NCBI GenBank assembly: GCA_965247095.1
Contig: OZ251997.1
Location: 3,136,001-3,200,000 of the forward strand
Direction: 5' to 3'
From: Candidatus Multivorans sp.
Lineage (GTDB): Bacteria; Acidobacteriota; Thermoanaerobaculia; Multivoradales; Multivoraceae
DNA length: 64,000 nucleotides
Below are positions 38,432-47,908 of the stretch, piece by piece. The number at the start of each line of letters is the position of its first letter. Position 1 is the stretch's first letter. The translations under genes were made by a program, and so were the position numbers. A model generated the notes under the pieces. That model was not told the origin of the DNA and did not search any database. It was given only the letters and a program-made list of their open reading frames with translations.

Positions 38432-38464
38432 GGCGTTACCAAGCCAGGCCGGATGCGGGCGAGG

Positions 38465-40180
38465 TTACTGAGCGACCAGGCCGGACGTGCGGCTCTGGCC
38501 CTGCCCGTCCAGGTCGCGGCGCTGCTCGAGGAGGTCTTCCGCTTCGTCGAGTAGTTCGATGGCGCGGGCGAGCTGGTTGTCCAGTTCCGTCCCGGCCTTG
38601 AATCCCTCGGTCAGGCCGAACCTGGTGTTGAAGATCTCGTAGCGGAGGCGGACCCGGGCGTAGCGCTCCACTTCCGGATCCTCCAGGGCCTCTTCGAGTT
38701 CCTCGGCTGTGGTGAGATCCTCTTCGACGACCCATTCCCAGAAGCGCTGGAGGTACTCGTCCGACACCTGCCAGTCGGTCGATTCGACATCTTCCGGGTT
38801 GCCCGCCTCGAACGGGAAACGGTGGAAGCCGCTCCGCGCCTGCAGGCGCCAGATGACGGCCGGCGGCTCGTCCTGCTCGACCACGTAGTCCGGGGTCACT
38901 CCGCCGCCGCCGAAGACCTCGCGGCCGAGGTCCGTGTAGAAGACGGGACGCTCCTCCCGCGAAGGAGGCTCCAGGTCGAGGAGCGGGATGCCGTCATCGT
39001 CGCCTAGGTGGCTCTTGATGAGTGCCTTGATCTGCTGGGCAGTGGCCATGTCTTCCGCCTCATCCTCCCCGTTGGCGCCGTTCGCGTCGTACTCGGTGAG
39101 GTAGTCCCAGTACGAGGAGTAGTCACGCTGGATCAACCTTCCGGCCGGCGTGTAGTACCGGGCCGTGGTCAGTGCGAGCCCGGCGCCGTAGGACAGCTCG
39201 TAGACGGTCTGCACGAGACCCTTGCCCCAGGTCGACGCGCCCACCACCAGACCGATGTCGTGATCCTGGATGGCGCCCGAGACGATCTCGGAGGCGGAAG
39301 CGGAGCCGCGGTCGACGAGCACCACGATCGGCAGGCCGAGCGGCTCGTGTCTGCCGGTGGAGGTGTACGTCTGATGGGAACTGTCGATGCGGCCGCGGGT
39401 CTCGACGATCGTGCTGCCGGGGGGCACGAACTGGTCGGAGACCTCGATCGCCTGATCGAGCAGACCGCCGCCGTTGTCCCGGAGGTCGAGAATCAACCGC
39501 TCCATGCCCTGCGCCCGGAGATCGGCCAGGGCGCGGGCGAGCTCGCCGCCGGTGGAGCGGGAGAAGTCGGTCACCCACACGAAGCCGACGCCCGGCTTCA
39601 CCATGTGAGCGTGACGCACGGTTTCCTGCGGAATCTCGGCGCGGGTCACCGTAACCACCAGAGGCTCGTCGAGACCGGGACGCAGCAGGGTGACGGTGAC
39701 GTCGGTTCCCTTCGGGCCCTTGAGATTCCGGATCGCCTCGTTCGGGCTCATCTCCTCCGTCGGCTCGCCATCGATCAGATGGATGATGTCGCCGGCGCGG
39801 ATGCCCTTCCTGTAGCCCGGCGTGCCTTCGATCGGCGAGATGACGGTCAGACGGCCGTTGCGCGTTCCGACGTAGATGCCCAGACCGTAGAACGAACTCT
39901 GCTGCCGTTCCCGCATCGAGTCGTAGGCCACCGGCGGCAGGAAGCTGGTGTGCGGATCGAGGCTGCGCAGCATGCCGCCGATCGAGGCGTAGATCAGGTC
40001 GCGGTAGGCGACATCGGGAACGGCGTAGTGCGCGTGCGCCGCCTCGACCAGGTCGGTGTACTCGCGAATGGGCGCGAACTCGCCGCTGGCCACAGCCAGG
40101 AGGTTGCCGCCGGCGACACCGCCGATGAGAACGGCCGCAACGAAGAGGACGAGTGCGAGGTTGCGCCAGGGTTTCTTCAC
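38465..40180 (-). CDS. S41 C-terminal processing peptidase (CtpA-like)
   Basis: LDPHTSF, PDZ domain, ILDLRDNGGG, SASASEI, GKGLVQ. Confidence 0.93.
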   Translation of the reverse strand: MKKPWRNLALVLFVAAVLIGGVAGGNLLAVASGEFAPIREYTDLVEAAHAHYAVPDVAYRDLIYASIGGMLRSLDPHTSFLPPVAYDSMRERQQSSFYGLGIYVGTRNGRLTVISPIEGTPGYRKGIRAGDIIHLIDGEPTEEMSPNEAIRNLKGPKGTDVTVTLLRPGLDEPLVVTVTRAEIPQETVRHAHMVKPGVGFVWVTDFSRSTGGELARALADLRAQGMERLILDLRDNGGGLLDQAIEVSDQFVPPGSTIVETRGRIDSSHQTYTSTGRHEPLGLPIVVLVDRGSASASEIVSGAIQDHDIGLVVGASTWGKGLVQTVYELSYGAGLALTTARYYTPAGRLIQRDYSSYWDYLTEYDANGANGEDEAEDMATAQQIKALIKSHLGDDDGIPLLDLEPPSREERPVFYTDLGREVFGGGGVTPDYVVEQDEPPAVIWRLQARSGFHRFPFEAGNPEDVESTDWQVSDEYLQRFWEWVVEEDLTTAEELEEALEDPEVERYARVRLRYEIFNTRFGLTEGFKAGTELDNQLARAIELLDEAEDLLEQRRDLDGQGQSRTSGLVAQ

Positions 40181-40304
40181 GAGTCTCCCGCGGTGAGCTG
40201 CGTCGGTCCGTCAGCCGCCCGGCAGGGCGAGCGGCGCGAATCAGGCATTGTACCAGCGAGCGAGCGCCGCACCGGCGCTTCCGGTTGGCGTATCATGCCG
40301 CCCC

Positions 40305-40628
40305 ATGTTCGGCCCGATTGGCATGCAGGAGATGCTCTTCATCATGGCGGCCGCTCTCCTCATCTTCGGCCCCAGGAAGCTGCCCGAGCTCGGCCGCACC
40401 CTCGGCCGGGGGATGGCCGAGTTTCGGCGCGCCACGAGCGACCTGAAACGCTCGATCGACGTCGAACTCGACGAGGAGAAGCAGCCCCCGCCGCCGCGCC
40501 GCATCGACAAGCCCTCCAAGACCACGAAACCCGCGGACGCGGACGACTCGAAGAAGGCGGCAGGCGCGGACGACTCGAAGAAGGCGGGCGAATCGGGCGC
40601 CCAGACGCCGAGTGACCCCGAAGTCTGA
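40305..40628 (+). CDS. tatA: Twin-arginine translocase TatA/TatB family subunit
   Basis: GMQEMLFI...[16 protein letters not shown]; tail has a duplicated ADDSKKA; could be TatB. Confidence 0.85.
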   Translation: MFGPIGMQEMLFIMAAALLIFGPRKLPELGRTLGRGMAEFRRATSDLKRSIDVELDEEKQPPPPRRIDKPSKTTKPADADDSKKAAGADDSKKAGESGAQTPSDPEV

Positions 40629-41469
40629 CGAGCCCGATCCGGGCCAGCCGACCGAAGAGTCGGAACCGAAGCGGCTGCCCGCGACGCAGCCGTCCCGGAG
40701 GAAGTCCAAGGAGGACGAAGATCTTCCGCGGATGACGCTGCTCGAGCACCTCGACGAGCTGCGCCGCCGCATCCTGCGCACGCTCATCGTCGTGCTGGTG
40801 GCGTTCTTCGCCTGCTTCGCCTTCGCCGAGAACATCTACGAAGTGCTGGAACTGCCGATCAAGCCGCACGTCGAAAAGCTCTCGTTCCTCCGCATCACCG
40901 ATCCGTTCGTCGTCTACATCAAGGTCGCGTTGCTGGCCGCTGTGTTTCTCACTTCGCCCTACCTGGTGGCCCAGCTCTGGGGTTTCATCTCGCCGGGCCT
41001 CTACCGCCGCGAGAAGCGTTACGCGATCCCCTTCATCTTCTTCGGCTCGTTCTTCTTCCTGGGCGGCGGTCTGTTCGGGTACTTCATCGCCTTCCCCTTC
41101 GCGGTCGATTTCCTGATCAACCTCGGCGACAAGTTCGAGCCGGTGATCACGATCGACTTCTACCTCAACACGCTGATCAACATCCTGCTCGGCCTGGCGG
41201 TGATGTTCCAGCTCCCGATCGTCATCTTCATGCTGTCGCAACTCGGCGTGGTGACGCCGAAGTTCCTGATGCGGCACTTCCGCTGGGCGGTGCTCATCAT
41301 CGTCATCATCTCCGCAGCGATCACGCCGACGCCGGACGTGGTGAACATGACGATCGTGGCCGGCCCGACCCTGCTGCTCTACCTGCTCGGGGTCGGCGCC
41401 TCGGCTCTGGCGCAGAGCCGCCGCAAGCGAGTCCAAGAAGAGGCGGAAGATGAGTGGGCCGATAGCTAG
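40612..41469 (+). CDS. tatC: Twin-arginine translocase subunit TatC
   Basis: [27 protein letters not shown]; the last G of the stop codon is supplied by the IS end. Confidence 0.95.
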   Translation: MTPKSDEPDPGQPTEESEPKRLPATQPSRRKSKEDEDLPRMTLLEHLDELRRRILRTLIVVLVAFFACFAFAENIYEVLELPIKPHVEKLSFLRITDPFVVYIKVALLAAVFLTSPYLVAQLWGFISPGLYRREKRYAIPFIFFGSFFFLGGGLFGYFIAFPFAVDFLINLGDKFEPVITIDFYLNTLINILLGLAVMFQLPIVIFMLSQLGVVTPKFLMRHFRWAVLIIVIISAAITPTPDVVNMTIVAGPTLLLYLLGVGASALAQSRRKRVQEEAEDEWADS

Positions 41470-43248
41470 TGTCCGCCAGAAAACCCCCGTTCCGCTGGGT
41501 TTCGAGCGTTTCGGATTGGTCCGGGAGGTTGTTTCTGGGCGGGAATAGTCGGCTGCGGGGCTTCTGAGGAGCGGCGCAGCGGCATCGGCGGGTCGGCAGC
41601 CGGGATTCGCGCCGGATTCGGAGGGTTGAGGCACGGCGGCGCCTCCCGTTTCGAGCGGGAAGGCGGCGCCGCGCGTTGTGCAAGCTGCCGTGGCGGTCAG
41701 GCGGCGCGTCGTCGTCGTTTGCGTTCGCGTGCTTGCAGCATTCGGCCGAGGCGGTGCAGGTTGGCCGCGAGCTCCGAGAGGGCGACAGTGCGCTCGAAGC
41801 CGTCGGCGCCGCAGCTTCGGACACGGTCGAGGCCGCGATGCTCCAGAGCGTTGATGGCCGACTCGACTGCCGGATGCGCACGCCGTGCGGCGGCGAAGGC
41901 TTCACCGTTCTCCCGCTCCCGATCGGCGCGAGACAGATACCCCTTCTTCGGCAGGACGTTGAGATCAAGAATCTGGTCAAGCCGGATGCGGTTCTCCGAA
42001 CTGTGGAAACCTCGGTCGAAGCTGCACGCCCGCAGGTCCGGGAACCGCTCCTGGGCCGCCCTCACCAGCGGCACTGCCGCATCGACGTCCTCGCCGTGCC
42101 ACAGCACCTCGTGGTGAAGGATGAACCGATACTGGTCCTCGATCAGCGCCACCGGGACTCCGAGCTCCACCGGCGTGCCCGCCTTGCCCTTCGAGACCCA
42201 TCGCGTGTGCGGCTCGAAGATCGAGAAGACCTTCTCCCGATGAGGAATCGTCTCGCCCAGAAGCAGCCGGCGCTCGACCTGCTCCATCTGACGCCGAGCA
42301 TGAGCGATGAAGCCCTCGATCGATTCGCAGGCGGCTTCGTTGCCTGCGTTCCGCAGCGCCTCGACAGTGCGCGTCGCCCGCGCCACCAGCTCGCCGCACT
42401 GCGCCAAGTACGCCTTCACACGGGCCGGAAACCGCTTCGCCCGGCGCGTCCCACGCACCTTGTGGAACAGCCTGCGCACCAACCTCGACTGATACCGCCA
42501 CTGACGCCAGCCGCCGATGCCGTGCCTCCCTGCCGACCGACCGGTCTCCCGCACAAGGCGCCGCATCGCATCCCACAGCAGATTCACGTCCGTCGGGTAA
42601 TGCACGTCCGTCTCGACCACGAACGAGTCACACCGCCCGCGCAACGGCTCGCCAGGCTTTTTTCGCGCGACCGCATGGCCGCTTTCCACCACCAATCTGC
42701 CCACCTCGGACAATAGCGCCGGCGTCAACAGACACACGTTGTCCACCACCGTCTGGTACTCGTAGTACGACTTGTCGCCGAACTCGGCGTGACCCAGGAA
42801 CGCCCGCACGGTCGCGTGCTGGTTGGCCAACTCCTGAAGCCGGTCGAAGTCGCAGCCCAGACCCTGCTTCAGCACCCCCAACACCAGAATCCGCCACAAC
42901 TCCATGCCCGGACGACCAACCTGCCGGTCCGTCCCCGGCAGCACATGCGCGTCCAGCAGCTTGAACAGACGAGCCCGCAACTCCTCGTTGCACCAGAGGT
43001 GCTGAAGACCCTTCAACACCGCCGGAATGTCGTCCCGAGACTTCGGGTCGATCCAGATCTCCCCGATCGGCGCCTGACCGACCTTGAACTGCCGACTTTG
43101 CACCTCCCTCATCGCCCCACCTCCCCGAAGATGACCCGAAACGGACCGATTTCGACGAAAAGGCTATCCGATGACGACTATCTTCCCCCTACAGAACCCT
43201 CGGAAAGACCTGTAAACTCAATGGCTTGCTGGGTTTTCTGGCGGACAC
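41469..43248 (-). mobile_element. ISNCY (ISDol1-like) element, copy 1
   Basis: 16-bp IR GTGTCCGCCAGAAAAC / GTTTTCTGGCGGACAC; flanks TAGCTA and TAGTTA. Confidence 0.9.
41697..43112 (-). CDS. ISNCY/ISDol1-like transposase
   Basis: DPKSRDDIP, DSFVVETDVHYPTD, EKVFSIFEPHTRW, FDRGF, AVESAINALE. Confidence 0.88.
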   Translation of the reverse strand: MREVQSRQFKVGQAPIGEIWIDPKSRDDIPAVLKGLQHLWCNEELRARLFKLLDAHVLPGTDRQVGRPGMELWRILVLGVLKQGLGCDFDRLQELANQHATVRAFLGHAEFGDKSYYEYQTVVDNVCLLTPALLSEVGRLVVESGHAVARKKPGEPLRGRCDSFVVETDVHYPTDVNLLWDAMRRLVRETGRSAGRHGIGGWRQWRYQSRLVRRLFHKVRGTRRAKRFPARVKAYLAQCGELVARATRTVEALRNAGNEAACESIEGFIAHARRQMEQVERRLLLGETIPHREKVFSIFEPHTRWVSKGKAGTPVELGVPVALIEDQYRFILHHEVLWHGEDVDAAVPLVRAAQERFPDLRACSFDRGFHSSENRIRLDQILDLNVLPKKGYLSRADRERENGEAFAAARRAHPAVESAINALEHRGLDRVRSCGADGFERTVALSELAANLHRLGRMLQARERKRRRRAA

Positions 43249-43254
43249 TAGTTA

Positions 43255-45010
43255 GTGTCCGCCAGAAAACGCCGTCTTTCTCGGGTTCTGGGTCGTTTCA
43301 TTGGCGCATGATTGGCGGGGCCGGAGCCGCGCGGTGGCGAGCGAGGGCGGTTCTGGTGTTTACGAGGCGCAATCAGGGTTTGTCGGGCAGGGCGGCGCCT
43401 CCGGTGCTCGGCGCTGATTCGGTTTTCGGAAAGGCGTCGCCGTTAGGCGACGCGTCGTCGCCGCTGGCGTCTTCGTTCGAGCTGCTGCAGCAAGCGGCCG
43501 AGGCGATGCAGGTTGGCCGCGAGCACGGAGAGGGCGACGGTGCGCTCGAAGCCATCGGCGCCGCAGCTTCGGACACGGTCGAGGCCGCGATGCTCCAGAG
43601 CGTTGATGGCCGACTCGACTGCCGGATGCGCACGCCGTGCGGCGGCGAAGGCTTCACCGTTCTCCCGCTCCCGATCGGCGCGAGACAGATACCCCTTCTT
43701 CGGCAGGACGTTGAGATCAAGAATCTGGTCAAGCCGGATGCGGTTCTCCGAACTGTGGAAACCTCGGTCGAAGCTGCACGCCCGCAGGTCCGGGAACCGC
43801 TCCTGGGCCGCCCTCACCAGCGGCACTGCCGCATCGACGTCCTCGCCGTGCCACAGCACCTCGTGGTGAAGGATGAACCGATACTGGTCCTCGATCAGCG
43901 CCACCGGGACTCCGAGCTCCACCGGCGTGCCCGCCTTGCCCTTCGAGACCCATCGCGTGTGCGGCTCGAAGATCGAGAAGACCTTCTCCCGATGAGGAAT
44001 CGTCTCGCCCAGAAGCAGCCGGCGCTCGACCTGGTCGATCTGACGCCGAGCATGGCCGATGAAGCCCTCGATCGATTCACAGGCCGCTTCACACCCCGCA
44101 GCCCGCAGCGCCTCGACAGTGGTTGTCGCCCGCGCCACCAGCTCGCCGCAATGCGCCAAGTACGCCCTCACACGGGCCGGAAACCGCTTCGCCCGGCGCG
44201 TCCCACGTACCTTGCGGAACAGCCTGCGCACCAACCTCGACTGATGCCGCCACTGACGCCAGCCACCGATGCCGTGCCTCCCTGCCGACCGACCGGTCTC
44301 CCGCACAAGGCGCCGCATCGCATCCCACAGCAGATTCACGTCCGTCGGGTAATGCACGTCCGTCTCGACCACGAACGAGTCACACCGCCCGCGCAACGGC
44401 TCGCCAGGCTTTTTTCGCGCGACCGCATGGCCGCTTTCCACCACCAATCTGCCCACCTCGGACAATAGCGCCGGCGTCAACAGACACACGTTGTCCGCCA
44501 CCGTCTGGTACTCGTAGTAGCTCTTGTCGCCGAACTCACCGTGACCCAGGAACGCGCGCACGGTCGCGTGCTGGTTGGCCAACTCCTGAAGCCGGTCGAA
44601 GTCGCAGCCCAGACCCTGCTGCAGCACCCCCAACACCAGAATCCGCCACAACTCCATGCCTGGACGACCAACCTTCCGGTCGGTCCCCGGCAACACGTGC
44701 TCGTCCAGGAGATCGAACAGACGACCACGCAACTCCTCGTCGCACCAGAGGTGCTGAAGACCCTTCAACACCGCCGGGATGTCGTCCCGAGACTTTGGGT
44801 CGATCCAAATCTCCCCGATCGGCACTTGGCCGACCTTGAACTGCCGACTTTGCACCTCCCGCATCGCCCACCTCCCCGAAGATCACCCGAAACGGACCCA
44901 TAACTGGCCGACTTCGCCCAAAAGGCTATCCGATGACCACTATCTTCCCGCTACAGAATCCTCGCAAAGACCTGCAAACTCAATGGCTTGCTAGGTTTTC
45001 TGGCGGACAC
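43255..45010 (-). mobile_element. ISNCY (ISDol1-like) element, copy 2, in direct tandem with copy 1
   Basis: Same IRs; right flank TAGCTA at 45011-45016. Confidence 0.9.
43443..44864 (-). CDS. ISNCY/ISDol1-like transposase
   Basis: Highly similar to 41697-43112. Confidence 0.88.
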   Translation of the reverse strand: MREVQSRQFKVGQVPIGEIWIDPKSRDDIPAVLKGLQHLWCDEELRGRLFDLLDEHVLPGTDRKVGRPGMELWRILVLGVLQQGLGCDFDRLQELANQHATVRAFLGHGEFGDKSYYEYQTVADNVCLLTPALLSEVGRLVVESGHAVARKKPGEPLRGRCDSFVVETDVHYPTDVNLLWDAMRRLVRETGRSAGRHGIGGWRQWRHQSRLVRRLFRKVRGTRRAKRFPARVRAYLAHCGELVARATTTVEALRAAGCEAACESIEGFIGHARRQIDQVERRLLLGETIPHREKVFSIFEPHTRWVSKGKAGTPVELGVPVALIEDQYRFILHHEVLWHGEDVDAAVPLVRAAQERFPDLRACSFDRGFHSSENRIRLDQILDLNVLPKKGYLSRADRERENGEAFAAARRAHPAVESAINALEHRGLDRVRSCGADGFERTVALSVLAANLHRLGRLLQQLERRRQRRRRVA

Positions 45011-45013
45011 TAG

Positions 45014-46843
45014 CTAGCTGCCGGGAGAGATCCAGATCGGCGACGACCAGGCGCGCTCCTGGATCGTCGCCGGCAGGGATACGCGCGGCGAAACTCCGGC
45101 TTTCACGGCATCCCACATCGACCAGCGGCACGTCGGGTTCTCCAGGACGCGAACGTAGTAGAACGCGAGATGCTCGGGGTCGAAGCCGGGATCGCTCCAG
45201 GTCGCTCCCAGCTCGACGTCGCCCACGTCCTGGCTGATGGCGCAGTTGGACAGGTCGACGGAGGCACCGTTGTCCGGACATCGGTGGGTCCCGGGATCCG
45301 GCTGCAGCCCATCGGAGCAGGCGACGTCGAAGATTTGCTCGTGCTGATCGCCGCCTTGGACCCAGCCCTTGACGATCTGGAGACGCTGGAGCGGGGCGCC
45401 GGACGGGTCGCGCAGCGCGCGGACCGCGAATGTAGGACTGCCGCCTCGATCGGCGTCGATCTCGCCTCCCATGGAGACGCCGCGCTCGTAGCCCACCGCC
45501 GCCATGTCGTCACGGCGGTGAAGGTCATCGGGCAGGCCGTAGCCGGCGAACATCTGCACCCGGATGCGAGTGCCCGAGGTGGCGAAGGTCTCCTTGCGAC
45601 GCAGAGCCTCGTAGAGGGCCTTCCGGGTGTTCTCCTCGGCCCAGACACCGGTGAGGCCCGAGTTGCTGTAGTAGCGGCGGAAGACCTCGCGATACGTCGG
45701 CACGCCATCGACGACGTCGGCCGGGACCGAGCCTCTGCTGACCGGGTCGAAGTCGTGCACGCCGACCTTGCCGGTGTGCTTCTCCTCGTCGAACTGAAAA
45801 CCCGAGTTGTGGGTGTCGCTGGCGCCGACGAACCCCAACCGATACGGGTTGAAGCCCTCTTGGCTCTGAAACGCGATGCCGTCCAGCAGCGCCTGGCGGA
45901 CGTAGCTGCCCCTGGGTCGGCTCTTGCCCCACTGGCCGACGCGAAAGGGGAAGATCTCGAAGTCGGCCCACTCGTCGTTGGGCGACAGAAAGGGATGGGT
46001 CTCGGAGGTGCCCTTGACTTGCGTAATCTCGACGAGCGGCTCGTTGCGCATCCGTTTCGTCGCGTAGTCGGCGTCGAGCGGGCCGCCGTCGAACGTCTCG
46101 GTCTGGAACATCCAGCCGTCCGAGCCGTTGGAGTTGTGCGGGATCGCCAGTGCCTCGATGCCCTGGTCACGCAGGCGATCCATCCAGCTCCAAAGGTCTT
46201 CGGGATTCACCGAATCGAGTCGGCTGAAAGGTTCCTGGGGCGCGACGCTGCCCCTGAAGATCACGTTCCGGTGCAGGTTGCCGCCGTCCCGCGCGGGGGT
46301 GTACTCGTAGCCGATGAAGGTCGTCAGGGTGCCCGGCCGGTAGTGGCGCTCCGCGGCGGCGACGATCTCCTGCCACGCCGTCCGGAACACTTCGGGATCT
46401 GCGTGCCGGGCAACGAACTCCGCGGCGCCCGGCAGGTAGCCTCCTCGCGCCTTGACCGTCGTCGCGTCGACGAAGCGCTTGACGTCGGGGTCGTCCGCGA
46501 GCGGGTGGCTGGGGTCGGCGAGGGCGCGCATGACCCCCAGGTACGCCGCGTGGTCCGTCACGGCGTAGAAGTCGAGGGCCCGGTCGAGCTGGATCTCGTG
46601 GCCCGAGGGATGCCTGATCGCCTCTCCAGCAGCGAAACGGTACGCGTCGCCGGGTGTCGTCCGCGTGGCGAACGAGAAGGCATCGAACGAGTAGGCGGTG
46701 TGCACGTGCAGGTCGCCGAAGAACGCCGAGCGCTCCTGCCCTCCGGCAGGTGAGAGCGGTGCCGCCGCCTGGAGAATCCCCAGGATCGCCGGGAGAAGGA
46801 GTCGAGAAGGTCGCATGGTGGGCTCCGATTCAGCCGGTTTCAA
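45014..46843 (-). CDS. DUF3604 family secreted PHP-like protein
   Basis: GDLHVHTAYSFDA, VTDH, NLHRNV, IPHNSN, DTHN, QERAWSSPIW; start 46816 or 46843. Confidence 0.88.
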   Translation of the reverse strand: MKPAESEPTMRPSRLLLPAILGILQAAAPLSPAGGQERSAFFGDLHVHTAYSFDAFSFATRTTPGDAYRFAAGEAIRHPSGHEIQLDRALDFYAVTDHAAYLGVMRALADPSHPLADDPDVKRFVDATTVKARGGYLPGAAEFVARHADPEVFRTAWQEIVAAAERHYRPGTLTTFIGYEYTPARDGGNLHRNVIFRGSVAPQEPFSRLDSVNPEDLWSWMDRLRDQGIEALAIPHNSNGSDGWMFQTETFDGGPLDADYATKRMRNEPLVEITQVKGTSETHPFLSPNDEWADFEIFPFRVGQWGKSRPRGSYVRQALLDGIAFQSQEGFNPYRLGFVGASDTHNSGFQFDEEKHTGKVGVHDFDPVSRGSVPADVVDGVPTYREVFRRYYSNSGLTGVWAEENTRKALYEALRRKETFATSGTRIRVQMFAGYGLPDDLHRRDDMAAVGYERGVSMGGEIDADRGGSPTFAVRALRDPSGAPLQRLQIVKGWVQGGDQHEQIFDVACSDGLQPDPGTHRCPDNGASVDLSNCAISQDVGDVELGATWSDPGFDPEHLAFYYVRVLENPTCRWSMWDAVKAGVSPRVSLPATIQERAWSSPIWISPGS

Positions 46844-47155
46844 CTGCGAACGCGTTTACCGGCAGGATCGTACATGGGTCGGATGGAGGTCTCGGTCAGG
46901 ACGCGGACGCCCGCGACCTCGATCTCGAAGCGGCTGGGCAGTTCGGGGAAGTCCGGCAACAGCGACATGCGGACGTAGCCGAGGCCGACGGCCGCTCCGA
47001 GGCTGTGGCCGTAGTTCCCGGAGGTGACGTAGCCCGCGATTTCGTCCCCCAGCCAGATCGGTTCGTGGTGGTAGATCAAGGGTTGCAGCATCCCCGAGCT
47101 CCCGGGTCCACATACCGGCGCAGATGACGACTACGCTCGCGCGGCGCGGCAATTC
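46840..47155 (-). pseudogene. Internally deleted GcvT / dimethylglycine-dehydrogenase-like gene
   Basis: LPRRASVVVI+CAGMWTRELG fragment, then an out-of-frame C-terminal GYVTSGNYGHSLG...PMYDPAGKRVRS. Confidence 0.75.
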
Positions 47156-47236
47156 CCAGGCTTCTGAAGCAGCGATATGGCAAGCTAGCAAATGATGTCG
47201 CCAACACCCCGGCCGGAACGGTCCACAGGCCGCTCG

Positions 47237-47908
47237 ATGGATCGGCGCCGCTTCCTGGAGGGAGCGATGGTGGCGGCCGGCGCTTGCCTCGGAGTGGGCT
47301 CGGCGCAGGGGGCGAGCACCGCTGACATCGTGTCGCCCTCCGACTTCGCCCACCTGGCGGTGAGAGTCGGCGACCTGAACGAGGCTCTGACGTTCTACGA
47401 CACCCTCCTGCGTTGCCGTCCCAACCACGTCGCGCGCGCACCTGTGGAAGCCGGGAAACTGGCTCGGGGCGGCGCCTGGTGCTCCTACGACATCGAGCAT
47501 CATCGCGTCTCGATCTTCGGGCGAGGCGGTCAACCCGTGCCTGAAGCCGGCCTGCTCGGCTGGGATCGCTTCACCTTCAGCTACGACTCGCTCACCGAAC
47601 TCGGCGCCAACTACCACGCTCTGAAACTCGGGGGAATCGAACCACGCGCAGCCAGACGCTACGGCGACAGCGTTTCACTCCTCTATGCCGACCCCAGCGG
47701 CAATCGCATCGAGATGCTCCTCGACCGCTTCGATCGAATCGAAGATCTCGAGCCCTATCTGGGGGAGGCGGCAGGCTCGGAGAAATCCGCCGCCGGCGCC
47801 GCGTCCCGTCGAGGGCGTGCACTTCTAAGGAGCCTGCGCCCAAGCCCGCCTCGGACTCGAGTGCGGCATAATCGGCCCAAATCCAGAATGGGGAGGGGGA
47901 GCATATGA
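47237..47908 (+). CDS. Tat-exported VOC/glyoxalase family protein
   Basis: MDRRRFLE signal; FAHLAVRVGDL, EHHRVS, YADPSGNRIE. Confidence 0.75.
   Translation: MDRRRFLEGAMVAAGACLGVGSAQGASTADIVSPSDFAHLAVRVGDLNEALTFYDTLLRCRPNHVARAPVEAGKLARGGAWCSYDIEHHRVSIFGRGGQPVPEAGLLGWDRFTFSYDSLTELGANYHALKLGGIEPRAARRYGDSVSLLYADPSGNRIEMLLDRFDRIEDLEPYLGEAAGSEKSAAGAASRRGRALLRSLRPSPPRTRVRHNRPKSRMGRGSI

Noticed and set aside
40538-40587. 27-bp-period duplication in tatA
   Set aside because: A simple slippage duplication in a disordered tail, unrelated to the REP family.
41469-41696. Non-coding IS ends as bridge or guide RNAs
   Set aside because: The elements have IRs, TSDs and DDE-type transposases, not IS110 or TnpB/IscB; the two ends show no shared structure.
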